64,000 bases of DNA from Pelagomonas calceolata. Its lineage: Eukaryota. Under the pieces are notes generated by a model that ran no database searches, was not told where the DNA came from, and worked only from the letters and a program-made list of their open reading frames with translations. The DNA lies in assembly GCA_918797485.1 (NCBI GenBank), contig CAKKNE010000003.1:248001-312000 (forward strand), in the 5' to 3' direction. The position numbers were made by a program, and so were the translations under genes. This document shows, piece by piece, positions 21,933 through 32,346 of this stretch (position 1 is its first letter; every line of letters starts with the position of its first letter).

Positions 21933-24325
21933 TCAGTAGTACGTGAGCTTCATGGGGTCGGCCTCGAGCATCGAGAAGCGCGCGCCGTCCGGCATGATGA
22001 TTTCGTTGGCGCCCCACGCGCCCGGGCCCTGGGCATACGAGAGCGCGATCGCCTGTGTGTTTTTTTGCGGTGAGAGGGACCCGCAGACGTCGCGTCGATG
22101 GCGTGGACTTTCCGCGCGGGCGATCGCGTGGCCCAGCGCCGCGTCGGCGTCGCGGTCGCGGTGCGGCGACCGCACGCAGCGGCGGCGCGGCCGCGGCCGC
22201 GGCACAGACGTCGCCGGCGCGTCGCCGGCGGCGTGGCCGTCCGGGAGGGCGTCCCAGTTCGGCTCGGGCGCGCCTTGAGAAGCCGGCCGCGCGCGCTTGG
22301 CGCGGCCGCGGTTCGTCGGGCCGCGGCCCTTGAGGGCGTTGCCGCCGCAGCCCGGGCAGGTGACGCAGCGGGTGTGGATCTTGAGCCCGCAGTTCGAGCA
22401 CGCCTTCGTGCGGGCCGCCGCGCGGCCGCGGCTCGGCGCCGGCGCGCGGCCGCCCGGCGCCGCGGGCCGCGCGGCTCGGCCGGCCGGCCTCGGCGCGCGG
22501 TCGGGCGGCGCCTCTCCGATGCGCGGCGCGCCCGGCGGCAGGACGCCGGCCGGCCGGCAGGCGAGGCACCCGCCGGCGGCGTGGCGGCACCGCGCGCAGC
22601 CGAACGCCGGCGCCGGCGCCGGCGCCCTGCGCGGGCGTCGCGTCAGTGGCGCATGCGTCCGATTTTCGCGCTATCGAGCCGCGTCGAACGACCGAGGGGC
22701 CACCCGGGGCCCGGCGCCGGCGCGACCGCCCGCGCGACGCGTCCGCATCCAAGAGGACGCCAAGGCCGCGGCGGCCCCGCGCGTGACGCGCGAGGCCGCG
22801 GCGGCCCTGCGCGTGACGCGCGAAAAGGAGAAGGCGCGCAAGAACACGCCGCGAAAAGAAAGGACGCCGGGAACGCACGGGGCGGCCGCGGCGAAGGACG
22901 CGTCGAGCAGCGCGCTCTGGAGCGCGACGACGCCGTCGTAGCGGAGCTCGCCGGCCTGGACGCGGCCGCGGAACCTGCGTGTACCGCAGCGATGGCGTGG
23001 AAGCGCTCCGATCAGGGACGCGGGAAAAAGAACGCGACGAGGAACGACCGCCGCGCGTCGTCGCGCGCCGCGTCGACGAGCGCGTCGAGCGCCGCGAGCT
23101 GGTCCGCCGGCGCGGCCGCCGCCGCCGCGCGCGCGTCGCGCTCCCGCTGGCGCGCGGCGCGCCGCTCGGCCTTGCGCGCCCGCCGCGCCGCGCGCTCGTC
23201 CTTGCGCGCCTTGCGCGCGGCCCGGCGGTCGTGCTCCGCCCACGTCGTCGCGGGCCGCGCGTCGTCGTCGTCGTCGTCGCCCGCCGGCGGCGCCAGTATT
23301 TCGGCGTCGTCGTCCGGCGGCGGCGCGAACGCCTCGTCCGGCGGCGCGAAGGCCTCGGCGGCGGGCGCCGGCGGGGGCGCCACGGACAGGTGCGTCTCGT
23401 CCGAGTCGTAGTCCCAGCGCGGCCGGCTCAGCTCGTCCGTGATCGTCGACGCGTCGCGCCGGAGGCCGAACTCGACGACGATGGGCGCGGGCCGCCGCGG
23501 CGGCGGCGGCGGCTCGAGGATGACGGCGCCGGCGTCCGCGCGCGGCCGCGGCCGCACGGTCGCCGCGGCGGCCTCGGTGCGCGGCTCGAGCGACCACGTC
23601 CCGTCCCGCGCGACGACGACGCGCCACGCGCTCCGGTCGAAGCGCAGGGGGTTGTCCTGGCGCCAGAGCCGCGTGAAGGCGCCGCAGAGCTCCGGGTCCT
23701 CCGACGCGTCCTCCGGAACCGCCTCCGCCGGCGGCGCGTCGCGCGTCGCCCGCGCCGGGACCGCGGGCCGCTGCGTCGGCGCGGGCGCGGCGGTCTGGCG
23801 GTTCGGGTTCCGCAGGCACTTGGCCTCGTGGCGCCGGCAGCCCTGGTCGTTCGTGTAGCAGGCGCCGCAGCGGTACGCGCAGCCGCGGAGCGTCTTCTCG
23901 CACCGCGGGCACCGCCACAACAGGCGCGGCGGCGCGGTGTCGCGCGACTGCGCGCCGCGCGGCGCGAACATCTGGGTGCCCGTCGCCTCGTCGACGACGC
24001 GCCGCGCGAGGATGCGGCACGCGTAGCAGACGGGCGTCGGCTGCTCGTCGTCGACGACGGGCGCCGTGTCGCCCTGGGAGGCCTCCGGCGGCCTCCGGGG
24101 CTCCGGCCGCGGCGGCGGCGCCGCGGGCGGCGGCTGCGACATCGTGACCGTGCGCGCCGTCATGGTCCGGCTCGAGACGTTGTGCGGCCCGTCCGCGGGG
24201 TACTCGTCCTGCGAGTTCTCGTAGAAGGCCGAGCTCGGCGGGAGGAGCGGGAACATGGTGTGGAGGTCCTGGCTACATTGCTGCGACGCTTGCGACGCGG
24301 GGCCGAACCAGGAGTTGTCCGTCAT
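21933..24325 (-). CDS. Pro/Arg-rich protein with several CxxC (putative Zn-binding) clusters; inferred introns 22975-23045, 22627-22878, 22053-22127
   Basis: CPRCEK...CGACYT, GCARCRH...GCLAC, ACSNCG...CVTCPGC. The spliced model is in frame, but the exact donors are ambiguous. Confidence 0.55.
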
Positions 24326-24850
24326 CTTTTTTTTCTTGCCGGCGGCTTACTGGTCCCGCGCGGCGCTTTTCAGTCGCCTCGGGGGCCGGCGCGCCGCGTC
24401 GCGCGCTTGCTTTTTTATCCCAAAGCTTAGGCCTGTCGAGGCCGCGCCGGCGTTTGCGCGAACCGCGCGAGGCGGGGCCCGCGTCCCTGAGGTTCCGCCG
24501 GTCTGTTGCGTCGCTCCCCTTGTCTATGTGTGGCTCAGACCGCTGTGAGGGTGCTTTTTGGGCTCTCAAAGTCGGCCGCAGACTAACGTGAAAAGCCGGG
24601 CTCTCACCGCTCGAACAATGACCCACGACGTCGCTGCGTACTCTCAGAGATCTTTCTGGGACGATGTCGACCGCCGCCGATAAAACCCGCACCTCCAGCT
24701 ATCGAATCGAGGCCCGCAAACGCCAAGGCTGCCCGAGGACGCGGAGGAAGCGACACGATTGGCCAAGGCTTGCTGAGCTGAAGTCCCGTCCGCCCGGTCC
24801 TACTCGTTCGCGCACTCGGAAGTGCTGCACCGACAGAGCTGCCCACTGCT

Positions 24851-25768
24851 ATGGCCGATCTGCCGCCCCCGCCAGACCCCGCGGCCGTCCAGGCGATGAT
24901 GGACGCGAAGACGCCCCATGAAGCGGCCATGGCGCGTGTGAAGATGAGCTCTCAAGAAATATGGGAGCTGTACCAACAAGCAGAAGAATTCAATAAACAA
25001 GACGCCGTCCTCGAGCTCGAAATGAAGAATGCGTGGCTCGAGTACGAAAAAACAAAAGCACCTCTGGAGGAAGCGAAGAAGCGCCTCACGACGCCCGGGG
25101 CCCTGAACCCCGACAACCCGCCGCCGCCCTTGGAACCCGAACTTATTGGATTGCCTCCATTGTCAGATCCGTGGTGGAAGCACAAGCGCGGCCCGCCGCC
25201 GCCGCCATCGGATGAAAGAGCCCCGGACATGCCGCCGCGCAAACTAAACGAGGGCGAGGCGCCGCCGCCGCCTCCATCAAATCCGTACGCGAAGTTCGAG
25301 AATTTAGCGGATTCGAGCGACGACGAAAAGCCTTCAAGGAAGAACCTCGAGGGGATTGTGTCGTCGGAGCTCAATCTCGAGCAGCTCAAGGCGTACAGTG
25401 ACATGAGCGAGGCCGAGTTCGAGAAGGTGCTCCAGTTGAAGGACGAGGAGATAGCGACTAAACAATCGAAGAACAGTGAACAGGAGCGGCGCATCGCCGA
25501 GGCTAATGAAACACTACAAAAGGTCGAGGCGAAGACGGCGGAGCTGTCGGCCGCGATGGCGCGCGACGCGCCCGTCGAGGAGCTCGCCGCGCTGCACCGC
25601 GAGCTCGATCAGCTGGTGTTGCAAACCTCAAGAAACCTGCCGGCGGACTTCCCGCCGCCTCCCGAAAGGGGCGAGCTGTCTGGAGACTCCGAAGACGAGG
25701 GTCTGGCCGGCGTCGACGCAGGCGTCGAGGAGGAGAAGGACGATCCATCGCCGCGGTCAGACGAGTAA
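24851..25768 (+). CDS. Hypothetical coiled-coil, Pro-rich protein
   Basis: 305-aa codon-biased ORF with heptad-like E/K/Q/L stretches. Confidence 0.7.
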   Translation: MADLPPPPDPAAVQAMMDAKTPHEAAMARVKMSSQEIWELYQQAEEFNKQDAVLELEMKNAWLEYEKTKAPLEEAKKRLTTPGALNPDNPPPPLEPELIGLPPLSDPWWKHKRGPPPPPSDERAPDMPPRKLNEGEAPPPPPSNPYAKFENLADSSDDEKPSRKNLEGIVSSELNLEQLKAYSDMSEAEFEKVLQLKDEEIATKQSKNSEQERRIAEANETLQKVEAKTAELSAAMARDAPVEELAALHRELDQLVLQTSRNLPADFPPPPERGELSGDSEDEGLAGVDAGVEEEKDDPSPRSDE

Positions 25769-26027
25769 CCACCTTTCTTGTGAGTTCCTCCCTATCGTCG
25801 TTTGCGGTGTTGGAGGCTTTCAATAGCCTACGCCGTCTAAAATTTGCTAGCGGTCTGTAACACACTAGGCATCCCTAGCAAAGCTGCATTGCAAGCTCGC
25901 AAACGCGCCAATCTCTGCACGTAGCTGGTTTATATACCGCAGGAGGCTGTCTTGCAACAGCGCCGACGCGTCCTGGACGCGCGGCACACTTTGAGACAGC
26001 TGTGGGACAGTACAGGCACTTGCAATA

Positions 26028-27077
26028 ATGGCTCGTAAGCTCTACGCCATCGCGCTGGCGACGTACTGCATAGCTCTAAACCCCACGACACGACAAGGAC
26101 AAAGACAGCGACGGCCGCAGTCGCCCTCGAATCACAAACGCGTCGTGGCCATCGGCGACGTCCACGGCGACCTCGACGCGCTGCGGACGTGTTTGAGGGT
26201 CGCCGGCGTCGTCGACACGTCTGATGCTTGGATTGGCGCGCCCGGGACGACGCTGGTCTCGACGGGCGACGTCTTGGATAGGGGCGACGAGGACTGGGAG
26301 TGCCTCGCCTACCTCCACACTTTGCAAGCCGCGGCGCGCCGGAAGCGGGGCGACGTCTGCCTCGTATTAGGGAACCACGAGGTGCTCAACGTGCTCGGCG
26401 AGATGCGCTTCGCGTCCACAAAATCGTGGCACGCCGCCGCGGAGGCGTGCGAGCCGCCGCGGCGGAATGTGGAAAGAGACGACGACTGGGCGCGGCGCGC
26501 GCGGATCCGAGCCTTCGCGCCGGGCGGCGCCGGCGCGGCGTACCTCGCGGACTTGTGTGGGGACGCGCCGGTCGGGCGGGTCTGCGGCGACACGCTCTAC
26601 TGCCACGGCGGGCTCCACGTCGTCGCGCTGACCGTCGGCGCGGCGGCGCGGCGCAAGCGGCTCGCGAAGCAGAACAAGCGGGCGCCGGCCGCGGACGCGC
26701 CCGCGCGCGAGCTCCTCGCGGCTTTAAACGCGGACGCGGCCGCGTGGCTCCGGGGCGCGGGGCCGCTGCCGGCGGCGCTCGGCGCGTCGGAGAGCTCGCC
26801 CGTCTGGTCGCGCGCCTACTCGCACCCGGCGGGCGCCGAGCCCGCGCAGAGCCGCTGCGGCGAGGCGGCGAAGGCGCTCGACGCGCTTGGATTAAGGCGC
26901 ATGGTCGTGGGCCACACGCCCCAGATCACGGCCGGCATCAACGCGTGCTGCGGCGGCCGCGTCTACCGCATCGACACGGGCCTGTCGTCCTTCTACGGCG
27001 GCATGAAGCAGTGCCTCGAGGTCGTGTCAAACGAGCGGCCGCGGGTGATCTCGTCGACGCCGGAGTACTTTTGGTAA
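26028..27077 (+). CDS. Shewanella-like (SLP) PPP-family metallophosphatase with N-terminal signal peptide
   Basis: GDVHGD, GDVLDRG, LGNHE, HGG, MVVGHTPQ, RIDTGLS. Confidence 0.88.
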   Translation: MARKLYAIALATYCIALNPTTRQGQRQRRPQSPSNHKRVVAIGDVHGDLDALRTCLRVAGVVDTSDAWIGAPGTTLVSTGDVLDRGDEDWECLAYLHTLQAAARRKRGDVCLVLGNHEVLNVLGEMRFASTKSWHAAAEACEPPRRNVERDDDWARRARIRAFAPGGAGAAYLADLCGDAPVGRVCGDTLYCHGGLHVVALTVGAAARRKRLAKQNKRAPAADAPARELLAALNADAAAWLRGAGPLPAALGASESSPVWSRAYSHPAGAEPAQSRCGEAAKALDALGLRRMVVGHTPQITAGINACCGGRVYRIDTGLSSFYGGMKQCLEVVSNERPRVISSTPEYFW

Positions 27078-27175
27078 TCTATGTTTGTGTGATTTTTACG
27101 CGTGGGGGATGGGAGTGGCCGTGCTGGCGGCGCGCGCCTGTGGCCGCGCCGCGGAAAGGAGCACCGAGCCGTCGC

Positions 27176-28012
27176 TCACGACGCGACGCAGCCCGACGAC
27201 TTCTCGGGCACGGACTCCTCGGCGGACGGCTCCTTGGACGCGACCTCGCCCTCGAAGGAGCCCTCCGTCTCGGCCTTGGACGCGGGCTCGGACCCCTTCT
27301 TCGAGAGGCGGAGCCGCGTCGACGCGACCCAGACCTGCGCGAGGCTGATGACGAACTGGATGAAGATGAGCGCGGCCAAGGCGTTGGCCCGGGCGTTCGC
27401 GTCCTTGACATTCTTCTTCGTGTCGTCGTAGTGCGAGCCGAAGCGGTCCTGGGCTCTGATGGCGTTGAAGCCGTCGACCATGGCGAAGAACAGTAACGTC
27501 GCCGACGCCAGAGCTAGGTTGAGATTCATCGAGGCCGGGAAGTCGCAGAAGACGCTCACCGCGTAGAAGAACGTCGCGATGAAGGAAGCTAAGATGATGT
27601 CCGTGACGAGGGACGGGTCGCCGAAGGGGATGAAGTCCGAGCCCCCCTGCTGGTCGAAGACGTCCTGGAGGCGGCGCGAGGGCCACTCGGGCGGCACGTA
27701 GTCGCCCCAGTCCGGCACCTCGTAGTCGCCGCCGGGGACTTCGTAGTCGTCTTCCGGCGGGCGGTAGTCGCCGCCGTGGTCGCCGCCGCGGCTCGACCCC
27801 CAGCCGCCGGGCGGCCCTTCGCCCGGGCGCAGGCGGTCCTGCATCAGGAAGAGCGGGACGATGGGGCCGAAGAGGACGATCTGCGACGCCGCGAGGCCCT
27901 TCTGGATCGCCGCCTGTTCCTCCTTGGTCGGCATCTTTTTGCCGTGCGCGCCCTCCGGCACACCTATGCCCCCCTCCGAGTCGCCGTAGCAGCAAGAAAC
28001 ACAATGGCCCAT
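27176..28012 (-). CDS. Hypothetical multi-pass membrane protein, MG-Cys-rich N-terminus
   Basis: MGHCVSCCY start and 3-4 hydrophobic segments. Confidence 0.6.
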   Translation of the reverse strand: MGHCVSCCYGDSEGGIGVPEGAHGKKMPTKEEQAAIQKGLAASQIVLFGPIVPLFLMQDRLRPGEGPPGGWGSSRGGDHGGDYRPPEDDYEVPGGDYEVPDWGDYVPPEWPSRRLQDVFDQQGGSDFIPFGDPSLVTDIILASFIATFFYAVSVFCDFPASMNLNLALASATLLFFAMVDGFNAIRAQDRFGSHYDDTKKNVKDANARANALAALIFIQFVISLAQVWVASTRLRLSKKGSEPASKAETEGSFEGEVASKEPSAEESVPEKSSGCVAS

Positions 28013-28272
28013 GTTGACAGGATCTTGAGACTTGAGAGAGAGTAGTCAACGGTCACGGACGCTATACTAACCCGGCGCGCGCGACGGCGGATCAGAGAGA
28101 TCCTGACCTAGCTGGACGGAACTGTTCTCTTGTCGCGACTCGCTAGAACCTCGCGAGGCACGTGCGCGTTTTAACCGCTCTGAAGGTACTGCCGCGTCTC
28201 GCCGCGGGCGGATTGAGCGGCTGTGGAGCTTGTTTTTTGGCTTTTCAGCTAGGATTCCTAGGCTCTGGATGC

Positions 28273-28295
28273 CTAGTGGCTTACAGGACGCTAGC
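28273..28295. promoter_or_regulatory. Representative copy of a recurrent upstream motif, CTAGTRTSTTACAG(G)ACGCTAGC
   Basis: CTAGTGGCTTACAGGACGCTAGC. About 14 related copies lie upstream of other gene starts (listed in findings). Function is inferred. Confidence 0.6.
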
Positions 28296-28432
28296 TCGGA
28301 GCTCGACTCCTCAGTTTTTCGCCCGCCGGACACAGGGAGAGAGGGTTGGTTGGCGAGGCGGGTGAGACTTTGGAGGGGGGTGGGCAGCGGCCCGCGGCGC
28401 CCGCGAAGGAAACACAACATCATCCACATTAC

Positions 28433-30748
28433 TCAGTGCGTCGCACATTTCTTCCACGCGCGATTATACGCCCGTTTCTTGATGGCCGCGGACCCGACGA
28501 ATCGCTTCAGGGCGGAGAATAATCCCTCCTGGAAATCGCGCGGCTTCCGGGCGAACATGTTGAACGCGTACAGATTGGAGGTATCGAAGCCAAGGCTCGG
28601 GCTCGTCGCGAGGCAGGCGACCCATGCCTTGTACACGAATGAGAGCTTGCCGTAATACGTCAGGTAGTCGGGGCGCGAGGCGTTGATCCACTCCTTAGCG
28701 CCGCAGGGCGGCGCCGAAACACTACAGCACTTGCAGCATTTCTTCGTGCCGTGGTGCTCGACGCGGCTGCGGACCCAGTCCAACGGGTCGCGCAGCGTCA
28801 AGATAATCCCGGCCGTCAGCTTGCCAGGGTGCGACAGCAAAAGCGGTACTACCTCGTACGGCAGCGGTGAATCAGAGAGATAATCATACGCATCGGTAAG
28901 TGCAAGCGCCGCGGCTGGGGTCGCCAGTTGGTCCGTGTGTATGTTGTGGCCGCCCCGGAGGGTCGAGCTCCGTTCCATGACCTGTGTGGAAATCAAAATT
29001 TTTACGGCACGCTCGGGCTGAATCGTCGCGTCGACCTCGACGCCATCGACGCGACGCCTGCTCGATGGCGTGGCGATGCCGGTTCATCACCGCTCGACGG
29101 AGCCAGCACGGCCGCGTCATCGCCGAGCACCCGATTCACCTCTGATTTCCACACAGTCCATGACGCATTCGAGGAAGCGCGTTCCGGTGGTCCCCTCGCC
29201 CAAATTGACGAGTAAGCCTTTGCTGCGCGTCGAGAGCGGCCACGCCGGGTCACACGTTTTACTCGTGTCTTTGGCAACGGCGTCGTAGCGTTCTTCGTAC
29301 ACGCGGACAATCTCGTCGAACCCGCCCAACTTGTCCAGAGACCCTGGCAGCAGCTGGGAAATGTGCATTGCCGCGCGCCGGAACGCGTCGACGGGACAGG
29401 CGTCCAGGATGCGGTCCGTCGCGTTTCGACGGCCGCGAAGCACCCTCCTCGACGGCGTAACGTGCGCCGCGATCCAGCCCGCGATGGCCTTCTCCTCGCG
29501 CGCCCGGCACGCGACGATGTCCGAGGGGTCGTCGTCGCGAGGCGCGCGCAGGTCGGCGTGGTGCGCGCCCGACGGCATGAAGCAGATCTCGACGGAGTCG
29601 CCGTGTGGCTCGCTCTCCGTGAAAGTGCCACCCGTCCAGGGGTCTAACCCACCAGCCGAGAAGAACACGTTCGTGACCTTGCTCGGAATGGCGTAGCCCC
29701 CGTAGCGCCGCGTGAGGTAAGTCGGGTCCGGCGCCACGCCGTAGAGCCGGCGGCAGAGCTCGGTCTGCGCCGTGAGATTGAAAGTATAGCGGCGCACGGG
29801 CGTCGCCGACGAGAATTGATGCAGGGTCTCCGTGCAGCTCTGGAAGCCCCAAGAGCCGGCGCCGGGCCCGTCGCCGGGTACGCCGCCCGGGCCCTCGGCC
29901 GGCACCTCGACGCACGTCCCGTTTCCGAGCGCCGCCATGACGATGGCCGCCGCGGCAGCCACGCGATCGGTCGCATTCATCAGCGTTCCGCATGCGGCAC
30001 GTATGGGCCACAACGGTGCGTAGTCCTGCTGCGGTAAGCCTTCCAGGGCGTATTGGAAGAGCGTAGCGTGGTCGGCGCCGAGGGCCGAGCCGTCGCAGAG
30101 GCGGAGCCGTTTTTTGAGGAACGGCGCCCGTCTGAGAGCTGTATTCGTCGCAGCGATGGCGTCGAGGCATCCCGGATACGAGGCATAGCTGTGCGCGACG
30201 CGATCCGCCCACGTGTTCTGTGTGATGTTGCGCGCCGCCCATCCGTCTCGGTCGTAGTAGCCAATCGGCGCGGACGCGGCGAGCGCGCCGACGAACACGT
30301 CCGGGTAGGTCAACCGCAAAAACGTGGCCAGCGTGCCGCCGTAGCTGCCCCCGAACACAACGACCGGCGACCCCGGGGGAACGATCTGCGTCACCAGGTT
30401 CGCGTAGTCGGCCAGGATGAGCTCCGTCTTGAGCCACTTGACGTCGTGCGCGGGCACGCTCTCGCCGTAGTAGCGCGCTTCCGCGAAGAGTACGACGGCG
30501 CCCCACCTAGCTCCTAGATAGTGTAGGAACCCAGCGCTCGCCCAGAAGTCGGTGATCGGGCCTTCGTTGCCCGCGTAGAAGAGGACCGCATTGTTGCCGT
30601 GGGTTTCGACGAGGTAGCGCTGTGCGAACGTGCGCGAGTCACTGGGCACGTGCGTCAGCGACTGCGTGAACCATTTCGTCTCGTAGCCGCTCACGGCGGT
30701 GCTGCACACGGAGAGCAGCCATGCTCTGCGAAGCATATGTGGCCGCAT
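28433..30748 (-). CDS. Serine carboxypeptidase S28 (prolylcarboxypeptidase-like) fused to a sulfotransferase-like P-loop domain; exons 30748-29165, 28981-28433
   Basis: FYAGNEG, FAEARYYGES, VVFGGSYGG, LDPW, GAHHADLR. Then LVNLGEGTTGTRFL and IILTLRDPLDWVRSR. Frame is restored by removing the introner intron. Confidence 0.85.
28982..29156. mobile_element. Introner element (MITE-like), intact; forms intron 28982-29164 of the minus-strand gene
   Basis: Perfect 14-bp TIR CTGTGTGGAAATCA (28982-28995) / TGATTTCCACACAG (29143-29156). Perfect 8-bp TSD TCCATGAC (28974-28981, 29157-29164). Confidence 0.95.
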
Positions 30749-31021
30749 CGATGATCACTGGTGATGCATTGCGTTCGTGCGACTAGCCGCTGGGCTGGAA
30801 AAGTGTTAGCAGCGCGAAACAGGGCCGGCGCGCAGCTGTGTGGCGCATACAGCTTTGCTTAGCCTTAGGTTCCTAGTGTCTTACAGTACGCTATCTCAGC
30901 AAGAGACTCAAGTTACAACAACTCGGCTCCTTACGTGCGACCAGCGGATTCAGGACGAGGGCAAATTGTGCGCATAAATCTTGGCCTGACGGAAGCCGAA
31001 TTTGTATCTAGATCACGGTGG

Positions 31022-31219
31022 ATGGGTCGAGACAATCTAATAAAAAGACAGCACCAGGCGGCGCAAGGTAGCAAAAGGAGAGATCTAAAAAGAGCGCGCC
31101 CGACCCGCAACCAGGCTCCGTCAACGCTTCCCAACGTCGACGTCCACGGCATCCTCTTCGCGCTCGTCGCTATCGTATTTGTCGTCTACCCGTTAGCGCA
31201 GTGGGCCCTCGGTCTCTAA
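31022..31219 (+). CDS. Small (65 aa) basic tail-anchored membrane protein or uORF
   Basis: MGRDNLIKRQHQ...GILFALVAIVFVVYPLAQWALGL*, a basic N-terminus with one C-terminal TM. Confidence 0.5.
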   Translation: MGRDNLIKRQHQAAQGSKRRDLKRARPTRNQAPSTLPNVDVHGILFALVAIVFVVYPLAQWALGL

Positions 31220-31226
31220 AAAAACG

Positions 31227-32180
31227 ATGTCGACGAATCCACCCGAGTTAAATAGAATTCGCAGCGTGCGTGTCCCACGGCGCATGTACGTGTCGAAATT
31301 CCAGCGCTACGGCGGCGCCGCCATCGTCGTCGTGCTCGCAGTCGCCGTCGGCGCAGGAATGCTTCCTGGATCCACGACGCGGCAAGAGTCTTTGGAAGAG
31401 AAGCGACGGCTTGAGCGTGAAACGTGGTGTGACGTCGGCGACGCGCGCCTCGACCGCGGGCTCCCGGGGCCCGGAGCGCCGCCTATAAAGTTTGACCGTT
31501 GTACGACCGTCGACCTGACAATGCGTTCGGAGCCGCTCGGCAACGAAGGCGCTCGGCTTCTGTCGCAAGCGCTCGTCGGGAAGCGATACGGCAAGGAACA
31601 CCGGCGCAACGTACGACGCCTTCTGCTGCAGCACCAGGACATATCCGACGGCGGCGCTCGAAGCATTGCGCGGATCCTCGCCGAGTGCGCGGACGGGCAT
31701 CTGACGTGCGCGTTTGACTTGCGGCGCCGCCTGTCGATCGACTTAACGAACAACCCGATCACTCATCGCGGCGTCGAGCAGATGCGTGCTGGCGTCGAGC
31801 GCGCGCGGAGCCGAGGCTTCGCCGTCGTGGTCTGGGTCGGCGGCAGAGTCGAAGGTGAAACGCGGCGCCGGGGACCACTTCTCAAACTTGGTGCGCTCGA
31901 GCTACAGCTCGGAAAGCCACCACCGCGCAAGACTCCGGCGTCGGAAGCCGAGATACGTATCCCTCCTACCTTCTTCCAAAGACTCTTGCCGCCCGACGCG
32001 CTGACCACCGTGCGGACGCGTGGAGCCTTGGTGGCCGTCGGATTCCTATGCGGCTACCTCGCGCGCCAGCTGCGGAGCCCCGTCCGCGTCCGGGTGAACC
32101 TCGAGTGGAACGAGGAGTCGAGGAGCGTGCGAGCCGTCCGCCGCTTCACGAAACTGCTCGGCGGAGGGATCGAGGCATAA
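31227..32180 (+). CDS. Membrane-anchored protein with RI-like leucine-rich repeats
   Basis: LGNEGARLLSQAL, LLLQHQDISDGGARSIA, IDLTNNPITHRG. TM segments near both ends. Confidence 0.6.
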   Translation: MSTNPPELNRIRSVRVPRRMYVSKFQRYGGAAIVVVLAVAVGAGMLPGSTTRQESLEEKRRLERETWCDVGDARLDRGLPGPGAPPIKFDRCTTVDLTMRSEPLGNEGARLLSQALVGKRYGKEHRRNVRRLLLQHQDISDGGARSIARILAECADGHLTCAFDLRRRLSIDLTNNPITHRGVEQMRAGVERARSRGFAVVVWVGGRVEGETRRRGPLLKLGALELQLGKPPPRKTPASEAEIRIPPTFFQRLLPPDALTTVRTRGALVAVGFLCGYLARQLRSPVRVRVNLEWNEESRSVRAVRRFTKLLGGGIEA

Positions 32181-32346
32181 AATGTTAAAGCTAGCGGCAT
32201 GTAGGCACTAGCCAAAAAACCACGCGCGCCAAAGCTGCCCGCGAAGCCTACAGCAGGCACCTTTGCTGGCAAAGGCACAGCCGCGTCTCTCCCAGGCTTC
32301 TCCGTGCCGAAACGCTGCTGCTTGCTGCCTAGAAGCACCGGCAACC

